Assembly (NCBI GenBank): GCA_023818895.1
Contig: JAMWCX010000001.1
Location: 1-32,000 of the forward strand
From: Candidatus Omnitrophota bacterium
GTDB lineage: Bacteria; Omnitrophota; Gorgyraeia; 2-01-FULL-45-10
Length of the DNA stretch: 32,000 bases
Direction: 5' to 3'
Below are positions 6,663 through 14,994 of the stretch, in pieces (positions within the stretch are counted from its first letter, which is position 1; the number at the start of each line of letters is the position of its first letter). A program made the position numbers and the translations under genes. Under the pieces are notes generated by a model. It worked only from the letters and a program-made list of their open reading frames with translations. It made no database searches and had not been told where the DNA came from.

Positions 6663-8351
6663 ATGACTGACCTGGAAATAGCCCGCAAGGCAAAGCCAAA
6701 GCCCATCACGGAAATAGCTGCGCGGTTGGGTATACAACGTAAATATCTTGAGGCCTACGGTGACTTCAAGGCGAAAGTCTCTCTCGATATTCTAAGCAAG
6801 ACAGGCCGCGGTCGCGGTAAATATATCGTAGTTACCGGAATTACGCCCACCCATCTGGGCGAAGGGAAGACCGTTACGACGATAGGTCTTTCCATGGCTA
6901 TTAACAGGGCCGGCAAAAAGAGCGTTGCTTGCCTCAGGCAGCCTTCGATAGGGCCTTTCTTCGGCATAAAGGGCGGCGGCGTGGGCGGCGGCTACTCGCA
7001 GGTTATACCGACGCTCGATATTAATCTGCATCTCACTGGCGACATCCATGCCGTCTCTCAGGCGCATAATCTTTGTGCCTCATTTCTCGATAACCACATC
7101 TTCAGGGGCAACCGCCTCGGTCTGGACAAGAATAAGATTCATTGGAATCGTGTTGTGGATGTAAACGATCGTGCCCTGAGGAAGGTCAGAATAGGCCTCG
7201 ACTGCCCGGCGTGCGCGGAACGCTCAAGTGGTTTCAACATCACTGCCGCAAGCGAGGTCATGGCGATACTTGCGCTTGCCGATTCGGTCAAGGATATGCG
7301 TGAGCGTTTAGGCAGGATAGTGGTGGGTTTCACCAAGAATGACAAACCCGTTACCGCCGAGGACATTAAAGTCGCAGGCTCAATGGCGCTTCTCTTAAAG
7401 GATGCGATAAAACCCACGCTGGTGCAGACGATAGAAAACACGCCCGCCTTCATACATACAGGACCTTTTGCCAACATCACGCACGGCAATTCATCCATAA
7501 TAGCCGACAGGATGGCTCTTGGGTTGGCGGATTATGTGGTGACGGAGTCCGGCTTCGGCGCAGACTGCGGCCTTGAGAAGTTCGTCAATATAAAATGCCG
7601 GGTAAGCGGCCTTAAGCCCGACGCCGTTGTCCTTGTGTGTTCGGTGCGGGCGCTTAAAGTACATTCAGGAATGTTCAGGATGACAGTCGGCCGTCCTCTT
7701 GGAATAGATATAGAAAAAGAGAATATTGACGCTGTTGAGCAAGGGTGTGTGAACCTTGAAAGACAGATAGAGAATTCGAGGCTCTATGGAGTTCCGTGTG
7801 TCGTAGCCATCAACAAATTCAGGACTGACACCCAAAAAGAAATTAACATCATAAGGCGCAGAGCCCTTGAGTGCGGCGCGTTTGATTGCGTGGTAAGTCA
7901 ATTTTACAAGTGCGGATCAAAGGGCGGTATGCCGCTTGCGCTTGCCGTTATGGGGGCGTGTGAGGCTAGGTCTAAGTTCCATTTTCTGTATCCGGCCGAA
8001 GCTTCGATAAAGTCGAAGATCGAGACGATAGCCCGCTTGGTCTACGGTGCCAGGGGCGTACACTATGACAGGTGCGCCGAAGGAAATATTTCGCTTTTTC
8101 AGAAACTTGGCTACGGACATCTTCCTGTATGCATGGCCAAGACGCATCTTTCGCTTTCCCATGATCCGGCGCTCAAAGGCGCGCCGAAGGATTTCATTCT
8201 GCCTGTCCGGGACGTCCAACCGTCGATCGGCGCTGGGTTCTTGTACGCGCTCTGCGGAAATATTCAAACGATGCCGGCTCTGCCGGCTCATCCTCACGGC
8301 GAGAACATAGATATAGATTCAAAAGGGAGAATGAGATATGTATCTCGATAA
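6663..8351 (+). CDS. fhs: Formate-tetrahydrofolate ligase (formyl-THF synthetase)
   Basis: 562 aa. Hallmarks present: GEGKTVTTIGL P-loop-like motif, PSIGPFFGIKGGGVGGGYSQV, INLHLTGDIHAV. Confidence 0.95.
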   Translation: MTDLEIARKAKPKPITEIAARLGIQRKYLEAYGDFKAKVSLDILSKTGRGRGKYIVVTGITPTHLGEGKTVTTIGLSMAINRAGKKSVACLRQPSIGPFFGIKGGGVGGGYSQVIPTLDINLHLTGDIHAVSQAHNLCASFLDNHIFRGNRLGLDKNKIHWNRVVDVNDRALRKVRIGLDCPACAERSSGFNITAASEVMAILALADSVKDMRERLGRIVVGFTKNDKPVTAEDIKVAGSMALLLKDAIKPTLVQTIENTPAFIHTGPFANITHGNSSIIADRMALGLADYVVTESGFGADCGLEKFVNIKCRVSGLKPDAVVLVCSVRALKVHSGMFRMTVGRPLGIDIEKENIDAVEQGCVNLERQIENSRLYGVPCVVAINKFRTDTQKEINIIRRRALECGAFDCVVSQFYKCGSKGGMPLALAVMGACEARSKFHFLYPAEASIKSKIETIARLVYGARGVHYDRCAEGNISLFQKLGYGHLPVCMAKTHLSLSHDPALKGAPKDFILPVRDVQPSIGAGFLYALCGNIQTMPALPAHPHGENIDIDSKGRMRYVSR

Positions 8352-8958
8352 GCCGCTACGGCAATACCTTGACGACCTCGCGGCCAAAAAACCCGCCCCC
8401 GGCGGCGGATCCGCCGCCGCGCTCGCCGCCGCGATAGGCACGAGCCTCATGTCGATGGTGGCTAATTACACCGTCGGAAAGCCCAAATACAAAGACGTCG
8501 AAGCTAAGGTGGCCGATATCCTTCTTAGGGTCCAGAATTTCGACAGCGAGCTTCGATCTCTCGTAGACGACGACGTTGCCGCCTATAAAAAACTTTCGGA
8601 GGGATTGAAGGCCGCCTGCGACGATAAGGCGAAGAAAGAGGCGCTTTACAAGGCCGCCTGCGAGGTTCCGTTCAAGGTCTGCGAGATATCGGCCAAGTGC
8701 TTAAAACTCTGCAAGGAGCTGGCGGAATCCGGCAACAGGAACCTCGTTACCGACACGGCGATCGCGGCGATACTTCTCGAAGGGGCTTTCTTCTCGGCGA
8801 AGTACAACGTTTACATAAATCTTGAGTGCATCGAAGATATGGATTATATCGGCAAGGTCCACCAGGTCCTTGCGCCGCTCGAGGAGAGCATACCGGAACT
8901 TAAGGAAGAGATACTCGAGATATGCGAGGACGTGATCGATACAATGGAGTGTAAATAA
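8338..8958 (+). CDS. fchA: Methenyl-THF cyclohydrolase (cyclodeaminase/cyclohydrolase family, FchA-like)
   Basis: 206 aa. N-terminus ...LDDLAAKKPAPGGGSAAALAAAIGTSLMSMVANYT... is the signature of the formiminotransferase-cyclodeaminase/FchA family. Overlaps fhs by 14 nt. SD GGGAGA at 8325-8330. Confidence 0.85.
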   Translation: MYLDKPLRQYLDDLAAKKPAPGGGSAAALAAAIGTSLMSMVANYTVGKPKYKDVEAKVADILLRVQNFDSELRSLVDDDVAAYKKLSEGLKAACDDKAKKEALYKAACEVPFKVCEISAKCLKLCKELAESGNRNLVTDTAIAAILLEGAFFSAKYNVYINLECIEDMDYIGKVHQVLAPLEESIPELKEEILEICEDVIDTMECK

Positions 8959-8996
8959 TACGGAAGAAAGAGACGAAAATGGAAGGAGTCACCCAG

Positions 8997-9860
8997 ATGG
9001 CAGGGAAATTGCTCGAGGGAAAGCCTCTGGCGGAAAAGATAAAGGCCGCTATCACCGCCGAGGTCGCAGTTTTAAAAAATAAGTGCGGAAAGCCGCCGAG
9101 GCTCATCGCCGTACAGATAGGCGACAATGCATCATCGGCCGTTTACATAAAAAATCAGAAGAAGGCAGCAGAGGCTTTGGGCATAGAATACGATCTCAAG
9201 ACGTTGCCGGCCGCATTGACTCAGGCCGAGGCCGAGAAACTGATAAATGAGCTTAATGCGGACAAGGGTGTTACCGCGATCATCCTTCAGCTTCCCGTGC
9301 CGTCCCAGATAGACGCCAAGAAACTTGTGAGCATGGTATCGCCTGACAAGGACGCCGAGGGCATGCATCCGCAGAATATCGGCAAGATCCTTCTCGGTAA
9401 ATATTCTATCGGACCGTGCACGCCAATGGCCATAATGGAGCTTCTGGACTCGACAGGCGAGAATCTTTATGGCAAAGAAGCGGTGGTGGTCGGTCACTCC
9501 GAGATAGTGGGAAAGCCTATTTCGTTGATGCTGCTCAACAGGTTCGTTACCACAACAGTCTGCCATATAGCAACGGGCGAGCGGGGGGTATTGCCAGACC
9601 ACGTGAAGCGCGCTGAGATTCTTATCGTCGCCGTTGGTAAGGCCGGCATAGTGAAGGGTGACTGGATCAAGCCGGGCTCTATAGTCATAGACGTCGGCAT
9701 AAACAGGGTGGCTGACAAGATAGTCGGGGATGTCGAGTTCGAGCCCGCCGCGGCAAAGGCCGCGTTTATTACGCCGGTTCCCGGCGGAGTGGGACCATTG
9801 ACGACAACGATACTCATGCGCAATACGGTGGAATTATTCAAGTCTCAGGTGAGCAAATGA
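8997..9860 (+). CDS. folD: Bifunctional methylene-THF dehydrogenase / methenyl-THF cyclohydrolase
   Basis: FolD pattern: LLEGKPLAEKI..., SSAVYIKNQKKAAEALGI, DAEGMHPQNIGKI, PCTPMAIMELL, VVVGHSEIVGKP, PVPGGVGPLTTTILM. ATG 8997 is preferred over ORF-track ATG 8979 because AAGGAG (8983-8988) lies 8 nt upstream of it. Confidence 0.93.
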   Translation: MAGKLLEGKPLAEKIKAAITAEVAVLKNKCGKPPRLIAVQIGDNASSAVYIKNQKKAAEALGIEYDLKTLPAALTQAEAEKLINELNADKGVTAIILQLPVPSQIDAKKLVSMVSPDKDAEGMHPQNIGKILLGKYSIGPCTPMAIMELLDSTGENLYGKEAVVVGHSEIVGKPISLMLLNRFVTTTVCHIATGERGVLPDHVKRAEILIVAVGKAGIVKGDWIKPGSIVIDVGINRVADKIVGDVEFEPAAAKAAFITPVPGGVGPLTTTILMRNTVELFKSQVSK

Positions 9861-10723
9861 GTTTTTGCGACAAGATAAGGTCCGGTAAATTCGTGGTGAC
9901 AAGCGAGATAGGTCCTCCGAAGGGAACGGACATAAAGGAGATGCTCGACGACGCCGATCTCGTCAAGGGCAAGGTAGACGCCATAAACGTTACTGACCTG
10001 CAAAGCTCGGTGATGAGGGTCGGTTCGCTTGCCATATGCCGCCTTTTGAAAGAGCGCGGCATCGAACCTATATTCCAGCTGACATGCCGCGACCGTAACC
10101 GTCTGGCGCTCCAGAGCGACCTTCTGTCCGCCAGCGTCCTTGGCATAGAAAACGTTCTTCTTCTCACCGGAGATTACCCCACCCTTGGCGACCATCCCGA
10201 GGCCAAACCGGTCTTTGATATAGGATCGGTCCAGCTTATAGAGATCGCCAGGACGTTGCAGGAAGGCAAGGACATGAAGGGAAACACCCTTAAGGGCGCG
10301 CCGAAATTCTGCATAGGCGCTGTTGTTAATCCCGGCGCAGATCCGCTAGAGCCTGAAATCATCAAGATGGAAAAAAAGATCGAGGCCGGCGCCGAATTCT
10401 TCCAGACACAGGCGGTGTATGATATTGATCAGTACAAGAGATTTCTGGACGCGATCAGGCATCTTAAAACGACAATCCTTGCCGGCATAGTGCTGTTGAA
10501 ATCAGCCGGTATGGCTAAGTTCATGAACAAAAACGTCGCCGGCGTGTTTGTTCCCGAAAATCTGATAAAGCAGATGGAAGAAGCAAAGGACAAATCCGCC
10601 ACCTCGATCGAAATCGCGGCGCGACTCATAAAGGAGCTAAAGCCATTGAGTCAGGGCATACATATAATGCCGATAGGATGGGATAAGAAAGTGCCGGCAG
10701 TGTTGGAGGCGGCGGGATTATAG
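9857..10723 (+). CDS. metF: Methylenetetrahydrofolate reductase (MetF, small acetogen/anaerobe-like form)
   Basis: 288 aa. MetF-like motifs present: ...FVVTSEIGPPKG..., AINVTD, LLLTGD, FFQTQAVYD. ATGA overlap with the folD stop (9857-9860). Confidence 0.88.
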   Translation: MSFCDKIRSGKFVVTSEIGPPKGTDIKEMLDDADLVKGKVDAINVTDLQSSVMRVGSLAICRLLKERGIEPIFQLTCRDRNRLALQSDLLSASVLGIENVLLLTGDYPTLGDHPEAKPVFDIGSVQLIEIARTLQEGKDMKGNTLKGAPKFCIGAVVNPGADPLEPEIIKMEKKIEAGAEFFQTQAVYDIDQYKRFLDAIRHLKTTILAGIVLLKSAGMAKFMNKNVAGVFVPENLIKQMEEAKDKSATSIEIAARLIKELKPLSQGIHIMPIGWDKKVPAVLEAAGL

Positions 10724-10741
10724 CGGCAATCTATGAACTAA

Positions 10742-10764
10742 ACAATTTTGAATTTCAAAATTGT
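10742..10764. promoter_or_regulatory. Perfect 23-bp palindrome (candidate operator, or weak AU-rich terminator) in the metF-acsB spacer
   Basis: ACAATTTTGAA-T-TTCAAAATTGT: 11-bp arms with a 1-nt centre. It overlaps a possible promoter: TTGTAA (10761-10766), 17 bp, TGtGATATT (10781-10789). It is followed by aatttgttt. Confidence 0.45.
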
Positions 10765-10815
10765 AATTTGTTTAACTCTCTGTGATATTGGAAGTTAGAG
10801 ATTACTGGAGATTAT

Positions 10816-13035
10816 ATGAAAGGAAAAGCTATGGCTAAAGTTACGGCAGAGATCACCGCAAAAGACGTTGCATCACTTATAGTTAAAGGCGCCGGTACTG
10901 TGGCGTCACTTACAGAGGGGTATTTGGCTAAAGCGATCAAGGAGAAAGGCGAGAGTTCAAAAGTGGGTTTCCCGGACACGGCCTTTTATTTGCCGCTTGC
11001 CAACGCGCTTTTAGGCGCGGAAGTGAAGACGCTTGCCGACGCAAAGAAGGTGTTTGAGACGGCGAAATCGTTTCTCCCAAAGATTGTCGACGAGTCAAAG
11101 TGGGACAAATTTCTTAAAGACGCCCTTAATGCCGGCGTCGCGACAATACTTTCCGCGGAGATACTGCAGGCCCTGCGCTACCTTTACGGAGAAGAGCCTC
11201 AGGCCGATTGCCCCGGTTTCTTTTCGGACACGCTTCTTCGCGCGCTTGGAATACAGCTGGTCGATGGCAGGATATCGGGAATAGCCGTTGTATTGGGCAA
11301 GGCGCCTGACGCGAAGACCGCCGTTGAGATCATCCGCGACCTCCAGAAACGCAATATACTTACTCTTGTGGGCGATTCGGTAGGAGGTGTAAGCATAATA
11401 GAACAGCTCAAAGAAGGCGGCCTCCATATGGGACTTGAGAGTTACGTCGTCCCGTTCGGTCGTGATACGGCCTCAGTTGTTTATGTCCTGAATTTCGCCA
11501 TACGTGCCGCGCTCACATTCGGCGGCATAAAGGCCGGAAACACCGCCGCGTGCGTCGATTATGTCAGAAACAGGGTGCCGGCGTTCGTGCTTCTCCTAGG
11601 TGGGGTCGATGAGATAAAGGCCGCTGCCGGCGGCGGAGCGCTGGCCGCCGGAGTTCCCATAATAACCGATCTCGATCTTCCCGAGATTAAGGTACCGGGT
11701 GTCTGCGCGCACGAAGAATGCCTCGTCGTCGAAAAAGATTATAAAAAGATAGTGCAGAAGGCGATCGAGAGCAGGGGCATCAAAGTAAAGGTGTCCCAGA
11801 TACCGGTGCCGGTTCCCTTCTCGGCCGCATTTGAGGGAGAAAGGGTCAGACGGGCCGACATGTTCGTGCAATTCGGCGGCAAGTACTCAACGGCGTTCGA
11901 ATACTTGAGGATGAGGAAGATGGACGAGATAGAGAACGGCAGGGTCACGGTCGTGGGGCCGGAGATTGACGCTATGCAGGAGGGCGGGAGCTATCCGCTC
12001 GGTATCGTTGTTGATGTGGCGGGCCGCAAGATGTCGGCGGATTTCGAGCCTATACTAGAGAGGCAGATACACAAGTTCCTCAATTACGCTATGGGCGTAT
12101 TCCACATGGGCCAGCGTGACATGAACTGGATAAGGATCTCAAAGGACGCCGTAAAGAGCGGTTTCAAAATCCGCCATTTTGGGGATATTCTAGTTGCTAA
12201 GCTCCACGATGAGTACGGCGCGATCGTTGACAAGGTTCAGGTCGCTATCTATACGAATGAGGCGGACGTAAGCAGGCTATTGCCCGAGGCAAAGAAGGTG
12301 TTCGAGGCCAGGGACAACCGCATAGCGGGCATGACCGACGAATCGGTCGATACGTTCTATAGCTGCACTCTATGCCAGAGCTTCGCGCCGGACCATGTCT
12401 GCGTAGTGAGTCCAGAAAGGCTTGGGCTGTGCGGCGCTTATTCGTGGCTTGACGCGAAGGCCGCCCACGAGATAACGCCGACCGGTGGAAATCAGCCCAT
12501 AAAGAAAGGCAGGGCCATAGACGCTGATAAGGGGATTTGGGAGGGCGTCAATGCCTTCGTGTCCGAAAAATCACACCAGCACACGACGCGCATGGCCGCC
12601 TATTCTATTATGGATTCTCCGATGACCTCCTGCGGATGTTTCGAGTGCATAGTGGCCATCGTGCCGGAAGCTAACGGTGTAATGGTGGTAAACCGCGAAT
12701 ACACGGGAGAGACACCGGCCGGCATGAAGTTCACGACCCTTGCCTCATCGGTTGGTGGTGGCGCGCAGACACCGGGTTTTCTCGGTGTCGGGAGGCTTTA
12801 TGTAGTCTCGAAGAAGTTCATATCGGCCGAAGGAGGATTGAAGAGGGTGGTATGGATGCCGAAGGAGCTTAAAGACGCCCTTTCAGACAGACTTAAGGCG
12901 CGTTGTAGCGAGATAGGCATGCCGGATCTTTTCGACAAGATTGCCGATGAGACGGTCGCCACGGATGCGGCTACTCTTTTCGCGCATCTCGAGAAAGTTG
13001 GCCATCCGGCCCTGTCTATGCCTCCTATGATGTAG
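10816..13035 (+). CDS. acsB: Acetyl-CoA synthase catalytic subunit (bacterial AcsB / CODH-ACS alpha)
   Basis: 739 aa, recognisably collinear with Moorella-type AcsB as I remember it. A-cluster ligand motifs present: FYSCTLCQSFAPDHVCVVSPERLGLCGAYSWLDAKA and PMTSCGCFEC. The C-terminal ...GHPALSMPPMM is also typical. Alternative start ATG 10831 (MAKV...); both candidates have SD-like sequences. Confidence 0.92.
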   Translation: MKGKAMAKVTAEITAKDVASLIVKGAGTVASLTEGYLAKAIKEKGESSKVGFPDTAFYLPLANALLGAEVKTLADAKKVFETAKSFLPKIVDESKWDKFLKDALNAGVATILSAEILQALRYLYGEEPQADCPGFFSDTLLRALGIQLVDGRISGIAVVLGKAPDAKTAVEIIRDLQKRNILTLVGDSVGGVSIIEQLKEGGLHMGLESYVVPFGRDTASVVYVLNFAIRAALTFGGIKAGNTAACVDYVRNRVPAFVLLLGGVDEIKAAAGGGALAAGVPIITDLDLPEIKVPGVCAHEECLVVEKDYKKIVQKAIESRGIKVKVSQIPVPVPFSAAFEGERVRRADMFVQFGGKYSTAFEYLRMRKMDEIENGRVTVVGPEIDAMQEGGSYPLGIVVDVAGRKMSADFEPILERQIHKFLNYAMGVFHMGQRDMNWIRISKDAVKSGFKIRHFGDILVAKLHDEYGAIVDKVQVAIYTNEADVSRLLPEAKKVFEARDNRIAGMTDESVDTFYSCTLCQSFAPDHVCVVSPERLGLCGAYSWLDAKAAHEITPTGGNQPIKKGRAIDADKGIWEGVNAFVSEKSHQHTTRMAAYSIMDSPMTSCGCFECIVAIVPEANGVMVVNREYTGETPAGMKFTTLASSVGGGAQTPGFLGVGRLYVVSKKFISAEGGLKRVVWMPKELKDALSDRLKARCSEIGMPDLFDKIADETVATDAATLFAHLEKVGHPALSMPPMM

Positions 13036-13040
13036 CGTGG

Positions 13041-13082
13041 GTAATTAGTAATTAGTAACGCGTAAAGAGTGAAGAGTAATTC
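13041..13082 (+). repeat. Array of six phased GTAAnnn heptads immediately after the acsB stop
   Basis: GTAATTA GTAATTA GTAACGC GTAAAGA GTGAAGA GTAATTC. Carries stop codons in all three frames. Related arrays occur at 19101-19139 and 20884-20934. Confidence 0.7.
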
Positions 13083-13143
13083 TTGCGCTATTCGGGAACC
13101 GTTCCTTACTGATCGCTTACTTTCGATAATGAGTATTTACAAA

Positions 13144-14994
13144 ATGAAAATATCGTTACGCTTGATAATTCTTGGCTGTCTCATCACCGCCGCTATCGCG
13201 GCTGCGATCACGCATCCTGCGCTAGCCGCCGAGAAGAAGTTCGAGGTCTCGCTTGACAAGGCGAAGATAGCAATCGGGGAGAAGGCGCAGATGGGGCTGT
13301 CATTCTACGGCACGCAGTCTATGCCGGCGCCCGACCTGGGCAATATAGATGGCCTCGACATACGATATGCCGGACCATCGACGATGATGACCGTCATAAA
13401 TGGACAGGTCTCGAGCTCTATAACTCACATGTATTATGTCCAGCCGCTTAAAGTCGGCAAATTTCAGCTCGGGCCTTTAACGTTCAAATACAAAGGCGAT
13501 AATTACACGTCGAATATGGTATTTCTCGAGGCAGTGGAGGAGAGGGTCATGGCGAGGGCGCCTGTTGCGGCTCCCGAGTCGGCTGAGCAGTTGGGTCTGG
13601 GCGATAGGCTATTTCTTACTCTTAATGTCGACAAACAGGCCGCTTATGTAAACGAATTGATACCCGTCACCGTCAAGCTCTATGTCAACCGCCTCAACGT
13701 TAGCGATATCCAGCTTCCGACTTTTGCGCAGGAGGGTTTCTCTAAGGTCGAGTTTAAGGAACCGAAGCAGTACCGTGAGCGGCTAGGCGGCCTTCTTTAC
13801 GATGTACTTGAATTCAAGACGAGCATATTCGGAATTCGTCCCGGTGATTACAGGCTTGGGCCTGCAAAGATCAGATGTAACGTCATGATGCCTAAGAGGA
13901 TGCCGGTAGCGCGCGGCATCAGGGATGATTTCTTCGGTGCCGATTCCTTTCAGGACTCGTTCTATGACGATTTCTTTACGCGCTACGAGCGTTATCCGAT
14001 GGAGATACAGTCAAAAGACGTACAGCTCGGTATATTGCCGCTTCCCGCCGATGGTAAGCCATCCGATTTCACCGGTGCTGTGGGGGATTACCAGTTCATA
14101 TTCAGCGCAAGCCCCACAAAGCTTAAGACAGGCGACCCCATAACGGTAAGAATGGATATAAACGGCACCGGAAATTTCAATACAGTTCTCATACCCAAGC
14201 TTGGCGATACTACCGGTTTCAAGATGTATGAACCGCAGGTCAAGACTGAGGAGAACCGCAAGTCGTTCACGCAGGTCCTTATTCCCGAGACGGATAAAGT
14301 TACTCAGATTCCGAAGACGACATTCAGTTATTTCGATCCAAACGCGCGGCAGTATAAGACGATAACCCAAGGGCCTATATCTATACAGGTGGAGAAGGCC
14401 AAGGAGGAGGCGCCATCACAGGTTATCAGCGCCCCCGCTGGCGTCCAGCTTCCGGCAAAAGCTGAAAGCGAGCTCGGTCGCGACATCATATATATTAAGG
14501 AAAGTCCCGGCCCGTGGCTTAAAAAAGGTCACGCGCTCTACAGGAGCGGAATATTCTACACGCTCATCATAGTGCCATTTATTTTCATCGTCTCCTTATA
14601 TCTTTTTGAGCGACGGCGGATGCGCTTTGAGCGCGACATGACATACGCGGGTAGGATACTGGCCACCAAGGCTGCTGGAAAAGGGCTTAAGGCTCTCAAG
14701 CGCCGTATAGGCGAAAAGGACCCAAGAGTTTTTTATGAGGAGCTATTCAAAACACTTCAGAATTATCTGGGATATAGGCTTGGCATTCCTCCCGCTGGCA
14801 TGACAGTCGCTACGGCAGAGGTTAATCTGGCCAGCAGAGATGTGGACATGGAGATCGTAAGGAAGGTGAAGAGTCTGTTTGAAACCTGTGACAAGGCCCG
14901 TTTTGCGTACATGAACGTGGACGATTTCAAGAAGAAGGACGACTTCAAGGATCTGGAAGAGATTATTAAGAAACTGGAGCGCAAGAGGCTATGA
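13144..14994 (+). CDS. BatD-like (aerotolerance-operon family) exported/membrane protein
   Basis: Signal peptide MKISLRLIILGCLITAAIAAAITHPALA-AEKK. BatD-like N-terminal region (FEVSLDKAKIAIGEKAQMGLSF...KVGKFQLGPLTFKY). One C-terminal TM segment (IFYTLIIVPFIFIVSLYLF). Followed by a batE-like gene. The ORF-track GTG 13069 lies inside the heptad array, so ATG 13144 (or 13129) is preferred. Confidence 0.7.
   Translation: MKISLRLIILGCLITAAIAAAITHPALAAEKKFEVSLDKAKIAIGEKAQMGLSFYGTQSMPAPDLGNIDGLDIRYAGPSTMMTVINGQVSSSITHMYYVQPLKVGKFQLGPLTFKYKGDNYTSNMVFLEAVEERVMARAPVAAPESAEQLGLGDRLFLTLNVDKQAAYVNELIPVTVKLYVNRLNVSDIQLPTFAQEGFSKVEFKEPKQYRERLGGLLYDVLEFKTSIFGIRPGDYRLGPAKIRCNVMMPKRMPVARGIRDDFFGADSFQDSFYDDFFTRYERYPMEIQSKDVQLGILPLPADGKPSDFTGAVGDYQFIFSASPTKLKTGDPITVRMDINGTGNFNTVLIPKLGDTTGFKMYEPQVKTEENRKSFTQVLIPETDKVTQIPKTTFSYFDPNARQYKTITQGPISIQVEKAKEEAPSQVISAPAGVQLPAKAESELGRDIIYIKESPGPWLKKGHALYRSGIFYTLIIVPFIFIVSLYLFERRRMRFERDMTYAGRILATKAAGKGLKALKRRIGEKDPRVFYEELFKTLQNYLGYRLGIPPAGMTVATAEVNLASRDVDMEIVRKVKSLFETCDKARFAYMNVDDFKKKDDFKDLEEIIKKLERKRL

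Noticed and set aside
8047-8310. 87-aa plus-strand ORF in an alternative frame inside fhs (and similar small ORFs at 869-1207, 2993-3187, 9416-9616, 11033-11284, 13925-14143, 17078-17317)
   Set aside because: Each is fully embedded in a strongly supported gene in another frame, with Arg/Ser-rich nonsense translations and no independent start signals.
13069-13143. ORF-track N-terminal extensions: GTG 13069 for batD, ATG 19823 for rplJ, ATG 8979 for folD, GTG 5305 for abiEi
   Set aside because: The extensions lie in the heptad array (batD), overlap the preceding gene (rplJ), or are upstream of the better SD or transcription-start position (folD, abiEi). Internal starts give canonical N-termini or a proper signal peptide.
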